Made by a program: the position numbers and the translations under genes. A stretch of 64,000 nt of DNA from assembly GCA_965215275.1 (NCBI GenBank), contig OZ244044.1, forward strand, positions 288,001-352,000, written 5' to 3'. This DNA comes from Thermodesulfobacteriota bacterium. GTDB taxonomy: Bacteria > Desulfobacterota_D > UBA1144 > Nemesobacterales > JAJCZQ01. Below, one piece after another: positions 1-9,042 of this stretch. The notes beneath the pieces are model-generated. The model was not told where the DNA came from. It did not search any database and worked only from the letters and a program-made list of their open reading frames with translations. How positions within the stretch are numbered: the first letter of the stretch is position 1; every line of letters begins with the position of its first letter.

Positions 1-12
1 TTTTGCAATATA

Positions 13-759
13 TCACCTTGAAGGCAGAACGTGATTTTTTCCCTTTGGGCTGAGGAGCTTGATAAACTCACTGAATACCGATGCACCGAGTTCCTTTAAT
101 CCGTCAATATATATATCGGTTTCTCTTCTTATCCCTTCCGGATCTATAACTCCTTTCAAACCGTTTAACTCCTCGACGTTAACCGGGTCTGCCAACCACC
201 TTTTTATCATTGGTTTATCTACTTCTAAATGGAACTGAAGACCATAGACGTTGTCTCCATATTTAAACGCCTGATTTTCACAGTCCGCTGACCTTGCCAG
301 ATGCACTGCACCATCGGGTATGTCAAATGTATCACCATGCCACTGAAAGATCTTCTCCGCACCGCTTAATTTAGACAGCAACCGGTCATCTGCTGCTTCC
401 CTGGTCGGCATGATGTTATACCAGCCGATCTCCTTGACCCTGTTCTTTCTTACCCTGGCTCCCAGTGCTTTAGCGATCAGCTGAGACCCGAGGCAGATGC
501 CGAGCATCGGCATTTTACCGTCCATTGCCTGCTCAATTGCTTTCAGTTCGGGGATCAGATAAGGGTACAGGTCGACTTCATCCACGTTCATCGGACCTCC
601 CAGCACGATAAGACCGTCGTAACCGCCCAGGTCGAGGACCTTATAGTTCTCTCTTCCGAAATTTACATACTTGATCCTGAAACCGGCCTCTTTAAGCAAA
701 GGATCAAGAGTTCCTAAAACTTCATGTGGAACGTGCTGAAATACGAGCAGTCTTGGCAT
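13..759 (-). CDS. Class I glutamine amidotransferase (GMP synthase-like, stand-alone)
   Basis: GICLGSQL nucleophile motif, FQWHGD, and GLQFHLE His-Glu dyad; likely start MPRLL at 759. Confidence 0.85.
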   Translation of the reverse strand: MPRLLVFQHVPHEVLGTLDPLLKEAGFRIKYVNFGRENYKVLDLGGYDGLIVLGGPMNVDEVDLYPYLIPELKAIEQAMDGKMPMLGICLGSQLIAKALGARVRKNRVKEIGWYNIMPTREAADDRLLSKLSGAEKIFQWHGDTFDIPDGAVHLARSADCENQAFKYGDNVYGLQFHLEVDKPMIKRWLADPVNVEELNGLKGVIDPEGIRRETDIYIDGLKELGASVFSEFIKLLSPKGKNHVLPSR

Positions 760-800
760 TTTTCTCCTTCTGTTCATAAGACGATGATCGCGGTCCTGTA

Positions 801-1484
801 TTATGAACCACTCCACTTTCCTCTTTGTGTTCTGTGTTTTAAAGACCTTTCAAGTTCTGACAGGAACCTCTTTCTGTCTATATTAACGGCACCTAAACTC
901 ATCATGTGTTCAGTGGTCACCTGCGAATCTATGAGATCAAAGTCCCACTCTTTACATTTCTGCACAAGAAAATATAAAGCGACCTTTGACGCGTTATCCA
1001 CGCTGTGAAACATCGATTCACCGAAAAACGCAGAACCGAGCGACACTCCGTATAAACCACCTACCATATTACCTTCTGAATAAGTCTCAACTGAATGAGC
1101 ATAACCCTCCTTGTGCAGCTTGTTATACGAATCGATCATATCAGAAGTGATCCATGTTCCGGATTCTTCCTTCCTGACGACCTCGGAACATTTTTTTATA
1201 ACCAAATCAAAATCAGTGTCAAATCTGACCTGAAATCTGCCCGATCTGACCACCTTCATAAAACTCCTTCCCGGCGTATAATTATCAGGATAAAGAACAC
1301 ATCTGGGATCAGGTGAGAACCACAGTATCGGTTCTCCTTCCGAGTACCATGGAAAGATACCGCTCCTGTATGCCAGAAGCAGTCTCTCAACGCTCAGATC
1401 ACCGCCAACGGCAACTAATCCAGAAGGTTCAGCATCAGCAGGGTCAGGAAAAACAAGCTCATCCGTCAGGCAGTAAACCGGCAT
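801..1484 (-). CDS. aat: Leucyl/phenylalanyl-tRNA--protein transferase
   Basis: GLVAVGGDLS..RLLLAYRSGIFPW, WFSPDPR, GGLYGV, FFGESMF, ASKVA motifs. Confidence 0.95.
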   Translation of the reverse strand: MPVYCLTDELVFPDPADAEPSGLVAVGGDLSVERLLLAYRSGIFPWYSEGEPILWFSPDPRCVLYPDNYTPGRSFMKVVRSGRFQVRFDTDFDLVIKKCSEVVRKEESGTWITSDMIDSYNKLHKEGYAHSVETYSEGNMVGGLYGVSLGSAFFGESMFHSVDNASKVALYFLVQKCKEWDFDLIDSQVTTEHMMSLGAVNIDRKRFLSELERSLKHRTQRGKWSGS

Positions 1485-1494
1485 AATTAAAAAC

Positions 1495-1767
1495 TCATTC
1501 AGGGTCCGTGTGACCCAGTTCCTTTTCTGGAACTATTTCATCTCTTATAATTCTCTTTAAAACTTTGATTTCCGGAAAACCCCCTTTTTCTTTCCGAGAC
1601 CATACTGTTTTACCATTGGCATACACCTCAAATACCCCTCCCGTCGAGGGAACCAAGGTCAGTTCATCTATTTCCTTGCTGAAAGTGCTGAGCAACTCCT
1701 GAGCGATCCGTGCACTTCTGGTAAGCCACCCGCACTGGACGCAATACACTATTTTTACTACGTTCAT
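1495..1767 (-). CDS. SelT/SelW/SelH (Rdx) family thioredoxin-like protein
   Basis: IVYCVQCGW CxxC motif, GGVFEV, WSRKEKGGFPE. Confidence 0.9.
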   Translation of the reverse strand: MNVVKIVYCVQCGWLTRSARIAQELLSTFSKEIDELTLVPSTGGVFEVYANGKTVWSRKEKGGFPEIKVLKRIIRDEIVPEKELGHTDPE

Positions 1768-1884
1768 ATTATTATAGGATAAATAAAATACGCATATAAT
1801 GGAATTATCTATTTAAATAAAAGAGAATGATCCCTGCATCCTGACATGATCTGTATCATTAAGAACAGAGAAAGAAGTTCATAC

Positions 1885-1996
1885 TTGACATTACAGTGGA
1901 ACAGAAGTAAAATATCGCTATCATGAATATAAAAGAGCGTATCTCTGCTACCCCCCCCCATATATACTTGACCTTTCAGCCGGAGATAAGCACAAT
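1885..1996 (+). promoter_or_regulatory. Two tandem sigma70-type promoters
   Basis: TTGACA(1885)-17-TAAAAT(1908) and TTGACC(1968)-17-CACAAT(1991); each has an ATG 9 nt after the -10 box; same layout upstream of paralogue 3. Confidence 0.65.
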
Positions 1997-2029
1997 AGTA
2001 CGATAATGCTGAAGTTTCTACCCCCCCCC
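1951..2029 (+). repeat. Two poly-C tracts (C9 at 1951-1959 and C9 at 2021-2029)
   Basis: Seen directly; each follows an ATG (1923, 2006). Confidence 0.95.
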
Positions 2030-4509
2030 ATAAATTATTAATTCCCTTTTTCTTTTTTCTGTGCCTTGTAAACGTTGGTGCATATGGTCAGACCAGCATT
2101 AATAACTGTGACTCCAGTGCAGCGGTCGAAGCTACTTTAAGACTGGATGGGTCAAAACGCGGAGGAAGTTTAGAGGATGCCGGTGGACTGCTTTACTTTC
2201 GGACACAGGTAAACACAGATAACATTTTTATTGCAGAGATAAGTGTAACCTTCACCTTCTCCAATGATCTGGGATACAGTTTACAGTTGTGTGACAGCAA
2301 TGATGATCTGATAGCAAGTACTACTGAAGTGACTTTGCTAGGGAACGCAGCGATAGCCACAATAAAAACCCGCCTCAGACGAGGAACGTACTATATAATT
2401 GTGGGAAGCAGTGGTGCTACACCCTACGAATTAGGTGTTTCATTTGCTGATTCTCAACAATTATTCAACGACTGTTCAGTTATCACTACCAATTTTCCAA
2501 ATGATCCCTTATACGGCTGTCAGTGGTATCTGAAATATCCAGGAAGTGATCTGACATTAGGCAATAAGCCAATAATCACTGGAGACAGAACAAATATAGA
2601 TATAAAAATAGAAGAGGTATGGGATGATAGTGTATTTGGAGCTGGGATTAACGTAGCGGTGGTAGATCATGGTATGGACACAGATCATGAGGACCTTGCT
2701 GACAACGTGGATACCGCACTTTCTCATGATTACTCCGGGAACAGCGACCTATACAGTCCTTCAAGTGGTCGTGGTACACGTGTAGCTGGCATTATAGCAG
2801 CAGTTGGTGATAACAGCCTTGGAGTAAGAGGTGTAGCACCTCAGGCAGGCATCTACAGTTATAATTTAGCTGGTAACTTCAGTGATACTAACGCAAAGGA
2901 CGCCATGGTCCGTAATATGGATACAACGGCTGTATCTGTCAACAACTGGGGACCGAAGGACCTTCCTGTTCTTACAGAGGCTTCATCAGAGTGGGAAGAA
3001 GGAGTGGAAACGGGTATAAGAGAAGGTTTTGGTGGTAAAGGTGTGTTTTACGTATGGGCGGCAGGGGATGGACATGAAGGATCAGATCAGGCTAATTTTA
3101 ATGAGTATTCCAGCTACTACGCAGTAACTACCGTATGTTCAGCAGAGGTCGTAAAGCTCGGTAATGATTCGAAGTTTGTTACCAAGAGTTCTTTTTCAGA
3201 AGAGGGAGTAAATCTATGGGTATGTGCACCGGGTTCTGATATTGTAACTACCGACAATAACGATGGTTATACTTTTGAGTTCCCTGGAACATCAAATTCA
3301 GTTGCTGTCGTTTCAGGAATAGCAGCACTGATAAGAGAGGTAAACAGTGATATTAGCTGGAGGGACCTGAAACTGATACTGGCAGGTTCAGCTCGCCATA
3401 CTCTCAGCAATACTAATCATCTCTTTTTCGACGACCAAAACTGGAGGACAGAAACATTTAAATACGGTTCTGATTCAGAGCAGTATTCTTACAATCCAAA
3501 GTTCGGTTTTGGCATGGTAGACGCCGCTGCGGCAGTAGAACTTGCCGAAAATTGGACCAATGTTCCACCGCCAATGAGACCCGTGACGGTTTCCTCGGGT
3601 AATATCAATACGGTTATCCCAGACTTCAGAACGGGAAACGCAGAAGATGTTTCCGCTGTTTTCAAACTGACCGTACCTGATATAGATATACCAGATACTG
3701 AGGTATTTACAGAATTTATAGAGATAAATCTCAATTTCACTCACCCTTTCTTTCCTTTTTTAGATATAGAAATAACCTCCCCTGACGGTACCCTGTCGAA
3801 ACTCACTGAGGCATATCCAGCAGATGCAATATCACATTTATCTGACAGATCTCTTACTATAGACGACTTTGACTACACGGGCAGAGATCATCGTTTTGGT
3901 TTAGCTAAACATTTAGGAGAAAACCCTGCTGGAGAGTGGACTTTAAAGATAACTAATAATTCACCTGCAGGTACGGGGACCTTACACTCATGGAACATTA
4001 AGGTCTATGGTCATATGTCTGGTGAGACGCCGACGTTTAACAACTGGACCATACCTGATAAGAACTACGTGCCGGGAACTGCAATAAAGGAAACACTGCC
4101 TGAGGCAACAGCAGGGAATGGAGAATTAACCTACAGCCTTTCCCCTCTTTTACCAGATGGAGTTACTTTCAGTGAAGCTGACAGAGTGCTTAGCGGAACA
4201 CCAACTGCTGTATCTTCTGGCAGTTATACATATACCGTAACGGATGAAGATGGAGATAAGGATGAGCTGAGCTTTACTATCAGGGTAACAACTACGCCTC
4301 CAGGACCAACGGACCCACCACCAACAACAGGACCAAGACCACGAAGACCGACATCATCAGGTAGTGATGGAGGCGGAGGTGGAGGAGGATGCGTGATATC
4401 TGATCAGAGCGAAGCCGTTCCTGATATGCTCACAGCAGTGGCATCTCTGATGCTTATACCTGTATCCGTTGTTATCAGAAGAAAGATAAGGTCTCGGATA
4501 AAGACCTGA
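2006..4509 (+). CDS. S8 kexin-like pseudo-protease 1: signal peptide, 1 PPC-like repeat, S8 domain, P-domain, 1 Ig-like (He_PIG-type) repeat, Gly-rich-Cys/TM/basic tail; frameshifted at C9
   Basis: ATG 2006 is out of frame; +1 C joins it to HKLLIPFFFFLCLVNVGAYGQ and ORF 2287-4509; AVVDHG, RGTRVAG, WAAGDG, GTS; GEWTLKI P-domain. Confidence 0.85.
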
Positions 4510-4562
4510 CAACGCGGTCGGTCCTTTCCAAGGCACCTAACGGAGTGAGATCTCCCGAACGC

Positions 4563-4684
4563 TCTCTTTAATAAAGGAAACTTTATACTGGATGGGAAAA
4601 CCTGTGCTCCCGATGGGTCCTGAACATATTATAAACCAGAAGGAGACGGGAATAAGAGAAGTATCCTGCACTCAAAACAGTATG
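4563..4684 (+). ncRNA. Orphan copy of the TnpB 3' tail / putative omegaRNA scaffold
   Basis: Aligns by eye with the reverse complement of 39540-39660: CTCTTTAATAAAGGAAACTT...CTCCCGATGGGT...TGCACTCAAAACAGTATG. Confidence 0.6.
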
Positions 4685-4875
4685 CTTTTTGTTAAGTATA
4701 TAAGTCCGTTATATAAATACTGACTAATTGAACTTATTTTGACCCCTGTTTACTACAAATTATCCATTCTTTCAGAGGTTAGTTTCAAAATATAGTACTT
4801 ACTGAGTTAGTATTATTGAAAAATTGTGTTAATAGTTACTTTCCTATATCTGTATTTAGGAATGAAAACAAACCC

Positions 4876-6177
4876 ATGAAAATTCCCGAGGGATTTTACA
4901 AAGCCATAGACTACGGTCTGCTGGATTCCATATTTGCGAGAAGGTCCAGAAGATTTGGCATGGGTATGGAAATACCTGAAGGTAAATTACAATACAGGTC
5001 TGAACACAACCCTTATCCGTTGTCAGATATAGAAGAAGCGATCTTAATCTGGTCTGGAACGGGAACCACCGGATTATCACTTGGCGATATGCCAAGGACT
5101 GGAATATCATGGCTGTTCCAGTGGACAGGACGCAGCTGGCCGTGCTCGTGCAACTCCCATTCCACGGAGCTCTTTTACACCAACGACGACGGTGTATACA
5201 TGGTAAAGCTGTTTGACTTTATACCGGAAGATAATGCGATCTTTGCCGGTCTGACAAGAGAGGAGCAGATGGAAAAGGTCATGGAGCTTTTTAAGAAAAA
5301 CAGGATCAAACTGGAAAACGGCAGAGCTGAACTTCCAAAAGGCGAACCGGGTCTGTTTGATTTTAACGCCTGGAACTGCAACAAGCCTGGTACGACATTT
5401 TTCATACCTGTAACGAACACAACGGTGGAATACATGGTACTGCTTTTCATATATTTTGGCGCCAAGTACGGATTTAATATCATTGACGAGTTAAACGGAG
5501 GCAGGTCATGTGGTCTTGATAAATGGATCGATAAGGGATACATACGAAACGACGTCCGGCTTTCCCTTTTTGATCTTGAACTCAGGGTCCTGACGACACT
5601 TAACGTAGAGCAGGCCTTTATAAGTCAGAACATGAACCTTGCACTGCAGGCCCTTGGACTTGGGGGCTGGACGTTCACGGGTCTGCTTCCACACTATGCC
5701 CTGGGACTTGACCCAAAGTACAAAGGTTTAGGCTTCAGGTTTAACCGGCCTGATCGCTCGCTAAGGTCCACCAGGGCTGCCTATCCTGTCGGACGGGATG
5801 GGATCTTCGAATCTTTATCTCCCCCTTACGTAAAGGATATGAACGAAGCAGTGGACAGGTTCCTCGAAATAAGAGGCGAGTTCTGGAAAGAAGATAATCC
5901 TTATCCATACAACGAGCCGGGATCAGTTCTCAGTGGTGAATATATACCTTCCGAGGTCAGAGTTCAGATAGTCAAGGATTTCTGCAGTTACGTTTACGAA
6001 AATTATGGAAGATTTCCGGCTTTTTTAGACCCGATGTTCGTCAGGCTCGTTTTTCAGGCACACCATCTTGACATTGATTTTTACGATAAACACTACAAAG
6101 AAGATGCCTATACTGACATGCATAAAAACCACTTCAAGCTCTGGCATCCTGAGGTCAGCGACCCGTTTGAAGGATAA
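4876..6177 (+). CDS. Conserved hypothetical protein, possibly nitroreductase-like fold
   Basis: Long ORF with host-like codon use; N-terminal RRSRRF and QNMNLALQALGLGGW resemble nitroreductase motifs; likely start MKIPEG. Confidence 0.5.
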   Translation: MKIPEGFYKAIDYGLLDSIFARRSRRFGMGMEIPEGKLQYRSEHNPYPLSDIEEAILIWSGTGTTGLSLGDMPRTGISWLFQWTGRSWPCSCNSHSTELFYTNDDGVYMVKLFDFIPEDNAIFAGLTREEQMEKVMELFKKNRIKLENGRAELPKGEPGLFDFNAWNCNKPGTTFFIPVTNTTVEYMVLLFIYFGAKYGFNIIDELNGGRSCGLDKWIDKGYIRNDVRLSLFDLELRVLTTLNVEQAFISQNMNLALQALGLGGWTFTGLLPHYALGLDPKYKGLGFRFNRPDRSLRSTRAAYPVGRDGIFESLSPPYVKDMNEAVDRFLEIRGEFWKEDNPYPYNEPGSVLSGEYIPSEVRVQIVKDFCSYVYENYGRFPAFLDPMFVRLVFQAHHLDIDFYDKHYKEDAYTDMHKNHFKLWHPEVSDPFEG

Positions 6178-6229
6178 GTCGGATCTCAATGGCCTGTTCA
6201 GACGGTATTGCTAAGATCTGAATACAGGA

Positions 6230-6574
6230 TCAGTTCCCTTTTGTGATAAGTTCCTTGACCGATCCTGCAAATTCACTGGCAAATTCACGGAACTTTTCGG
6301 CGATCTCCTTATTGTTCGTGGCCTTCTCGTACGTATCGGCCATCTTCATGATAGTGAAATAACAGTGTCTGTTCATCTCGTTCACCTGCATCGACTTTGT
6401 CCAGAGATCAACCGTAAGAGTGTTACTTTCCTTTCTGTCCCAGAGAGAAAGGAACATTGCATCACACTGCTTTTCCTTCTGAGCTTCTGACTCGCTTGCC
6501 TGCCAGAGTATCTCTTCAGGAACATTCTCCTCGTTCAGCGTGACCCTTAAATTAATTTCAGCTTTCCTTGCCAT
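6230..6574 (-). CDS. GldC-like protein
   Basis: EINLRVTLNEENVPEEILWQA...LSLWD...TLTVDLWTKSMQVNEM...MADTYEKATN pattern of the GldC family. Confidence 0.75.
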   Translation of the reverse strand: MARKAEINLRVTLNEENVPEEILWQASESEAQKEKQCDAMFLSLWDRKESNTLTVDLWTKSMQVNEMNRHCYFTIMKMADTYEKATNNKEIAEKFREFASEFAGSVKELITKGN

Positions 6575-6607
6575 ACAAGTGTCCTTACCGGTCATATAAA
6601 AGGAGAC

Positions 6608-6757
6608 CTACCACGGTAAGCTGTTCATAAGTGGCGCTATTTTAGGTCCGAACAGAGCAACCGAAGTGATCACTAACACAAGAGTACCCACGATGCCCAC
6701 TACGTTTATAATTACGAACTTTACGACCTTATCCAGCTGCTCATCAGTTAAATTCAT
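6608..6757 (-). CDS. Small single-TM protein (49 aa) translationally coupled to actF
   Basis: TGATG overlap with the actF stop; MNLTDEQLDKVVKFVIINVVGIVGTLVLVITSVALFGPKIAPLMNSLPW; below the ORF-track cutoff. Confidence 0.6.
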   Translation of the reverse strand: MNLTDEQLDKVVKFVIINVVGIVGTLVLVITSVALFGPKIAPLMNSLPW

Positions 6758-7959
6758 CAGTGATGACCTCCCTGTCCGATCTTGCCATCAAAGAACGGGT
6801 CCCCGAAAGGAATGATCGGATACTTGTTTATAAAAAGCAGAAAAGTGGTAATGAACGCTCCTATAAAACCCAGAGTAACCAGAATATAGGATATCCCGAA
6901 ACTTATATTGTCAGCCAGGGACGGTACGACCAGCAGGAACTTATCCATGAACAGTCCCGTGAAGGATACTGATGCGATAAAGACAAGTATAGGTGTAACT
7001 ATCTTGTTCGTTCTTGGTATCAGTGCGATAAAAGGAAATATGAAACAGGTCGTAAGTACCGCCCATGAGAACGTTCTGAAAGGCTCGTCAACGACCCTTT
7101 TTATTACAAAACCCGTTTCTTCCGGCATGTTCGCGTACCAGATGGGCAGGAACTGTGAAAACATCAGATAGACCCAGAAGAGCGAAAAACCCTGAAGTAT
7201 CTTTCCCATATCCCAGTAATGATACTGTCCGAGATATTCATTAAGTCCCAAGTACCTCTTAAGCACGACCGAGATGATTATCGTAAACCCTATTGCAGCG
7301 ATGAAACTTCCCATAAAATAGAACGGGCCGAACAGCGTGCTGAACCAGTGGGGGTCCAGGGACATCATAAAGTCCCATGCAAAAAAGCTGAACGTCAGAG
7401 CGTAAAGGATAACGACCGCCGGGGCCAGCTTCCTTAACTTCGGGAAATAACCATTGTTCCTGTCACTGCTCACGCCCTTGAGGTCCTGATCAAGTGATAT
7501 CCTTACGTAGAAGAAGCTCAGAACGATAAGAACGGCAAAGCCGATTATATTTCTCGCTGATACAAGTCCCATATCGAGCCAGACGTCCTTAGGATGATGA
7601 TAATGCTCGGTAGCGTACGGCAGGACCTCGTTCTTACCCACGAACAGGATTATCAGCAGTAAAATAAACCCGACCGGTATGAACGAACCAAATCCTTCAC
7701 TTATCCTTAAAAAGCTCCTGCCCCATCTTGCGTCCGTTATCCTCAGCACACAGGAAAACACTATCCCCGCCTGTGCCACTCCGGTCCAGAAAAGGAAATT
7801 CACCAGAAATATCTGCCAGATATCCTTTGAGTTCTCCCCACTCGCGTTAATGGCAAAAGTTGCAAATCCCACGATCGCGAACGTAAGGAACAGGTATATC
7901 ACCCATCGGGGTACCTGGTTCCGTTTGTTTAATATTTCGTTTTTTATATCCGTATCCAT
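6757..7959 (-). CDS. actF: Alternative complex III membrane subunit F
   Basis: Polytopic; WDFMMSLDPHWFSTLFG, FSQFLPIWYANMPEET; last large gene of the act operon. Confidence 0.85.
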   Translation of the reverse strand: MDTDIKNEILNKRNQVPRWVIYLFLTFAIVGFATFAINASGENSKDIWQIFLVNFLFWTGVAQAGIVFSCVLRITDARWGRSFLRISEGFGSFIPVGFILLLIILFVGKNEVLPYATEHYHHPKDVWLDMGLVSARNIIGFAVLIVLSFFYVRISLDQDLKGVSSDRNNGYFPKLRKLAPAVVILYALTFSFFAWDFMMSLDPHWFSTLFGPFYFMGSFIAAIGFTIIISVVLKRYLGLNEYLGQYHYWDMGKILQGFSLFWVYLMFSQFLPIWYANMPEETGFVIKRVVDEPFRTFSWAVLTTCFIFPFIALIPRTNKIVTPILVFIASVSFTGLFMDKFLLVVPSLADNISFGISYILVTLGFIGAFITTFLLFINKYPIIPFGDPFFDGKIGQGGHH

Positions 7960-7989
7960 TATCTATGCAGTTCTCCTGAAACGGTCTCT

Positions 7990-8499
7990 TTAACGCTTTT
8001 TTTGCAAGCTCCTTATATAGTTGACCACGTTCCACGCGTCCACCTCTGAAATGCCCTCTCTGTAGCTCGGCATCATGACCTTTCCACCGTACCTTATATA
8101 CGCGTAAATAAATCCATCACTTCTCCGTGCCGTGCCAGGAGCTGTAAGGTTAACGGGATAAAATCCCTTTCCCGTCATTACTATGATCCCATCTCCCTTA
8201 CCCTTCGGTCCATGACAGACTGTGCAGTGTATATCAAAGACCTGTTTACCTCTTTCTATCGAGCTTTTGCTGTAAGGTACGGGACTTTTTTCAATAGCTT
8301 CTTTTTTCTCCCGAGGTTCTGGAGCGGAAGTATCACCATCTGTTGTCACGGAGTTCCTGGGATATACCAGAGGAGCTTCGTACGGCTGCTTAACGGGCTG
8401 CTCCCACATATCGTAGTTCCACGGGAACGAGTACGACTTCACGCCGTTTGAAAGCAGTATTGCAAACGCTAAAATTATGGTCAGTTTAAACTTGTTCAA
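7990..8499 (-). CDS. actE: Alternative complex III monoheme cytochrome c subunit E
   Basis: Signal peptide, CTVCHG heme motif, MPSY; operon position. Confidence 0.85.
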   Translation of the reverse strand: MNKFKLTIILAFAILLSNGVKSYSFPWNYDMWEQPVKQPYEAPLVYPRNSVTTDGDTSAPEPREKKEAIEKSPVPYSKSSIERGKQVFDIHCTVCHGPKGKGDGIIVMTGKGFYPVNLTAPGTARRSDGFIYAYIRYGGKVMMPSYREGISEVDAWNVVNYIRSLQKKR

Positions 8500-8523
8500 T
8501 ACCTTGTTCCCTCCACAGTGTCC

Positions 8524-9042
8524 TTAGCTCTCCAGAGTGTCTACCTTGACCTCTTCTGCTCCCGTTGAGTTTAAAATATCCTTAACGTCCTGCATCTGCT
8601 CAGTGGAACAAACCACCATTACTCCGAACTTATCATCAGAGAACCGCGGGTCGTACATATTTACCGGTACTCTTTTTCTAAGCAGTGAATTGACCAGCAT
8701 ACCTATCAGGGTGAACAGCGCACCGAACAATACCGTCAGTTCGAACACTATCACCATATACGGAGGTATGGAAACTATAGGTTTGGCACTTACCGATATA
8801 GGCCAGTCCATAGAGGTAAGCACGGTAAAACCAAAACCGCACGTGGCACCCAGCAGTGCACCAAAAAGCGTAAAGAACCTTACGGGGCTTGGAGGCAGCT
8901 TCATTTCATCCTCGATCTCATGGTTCGGGAAAGGAGAAAATACCCTAAGTTCACTAAATCCCTCGGCCTTCAGCTTTTTAACGGCGTCAAGTACCGAGTC
9001 CAGATAAGAATATATGCCCAGTATTCCTTGATTTGCGTTCAT
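8524..9042 (-). CDS. actD: Alternative complex III subunit D (DUF3341)
   Basis: VFSPFPNH, two TM helices, WPISVSAKP, FELTVLF, YDPRFSDDKF. Confidence 0.85.
   Translation of the reverse strand: MNANQGILGIYSYLDSVLDAVKKLKAEGFSELRVFSPFPNHEIEDEMKLPPSPVRFFTLFGALLGATCGFGFTVLTSMDWPISVSAKPIVSIPPYMVIVFELTVLFGALFTLIGMLVNSLLRKRVPVNMYDPRFSDDKFGVMVVCSTEQMQDVKDILNSTGAEEVKVDTLES

Larger units (their letters stand above)
1800..4708 (+). mobile_element. Non-autonomous IS1595-like cassette A carrying S8 paralogue 1
   Basis: Imperfect inverted ends TGGAATTATCTATTTAAA (1800) and GTTAAGTATATAAGTCCG (4691-4708), each 14/18 identical to the TnpB-element TIR; flanks GCATATAA / TTATATAA resemble a decayed 8-bp target duplication. 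Confidence 0.6.

Noticed and set aside
1495..1767. Selenoprotein
   Set aside because: The motif is CxxC with no in-frame TGA
2287..2289. ORF-track starts for the S8 genes (2287, 27332, 31831)
   Set aside because: In-frame signal peptides begin upstream of these; the true starts appear to sit before the poly-C tracts
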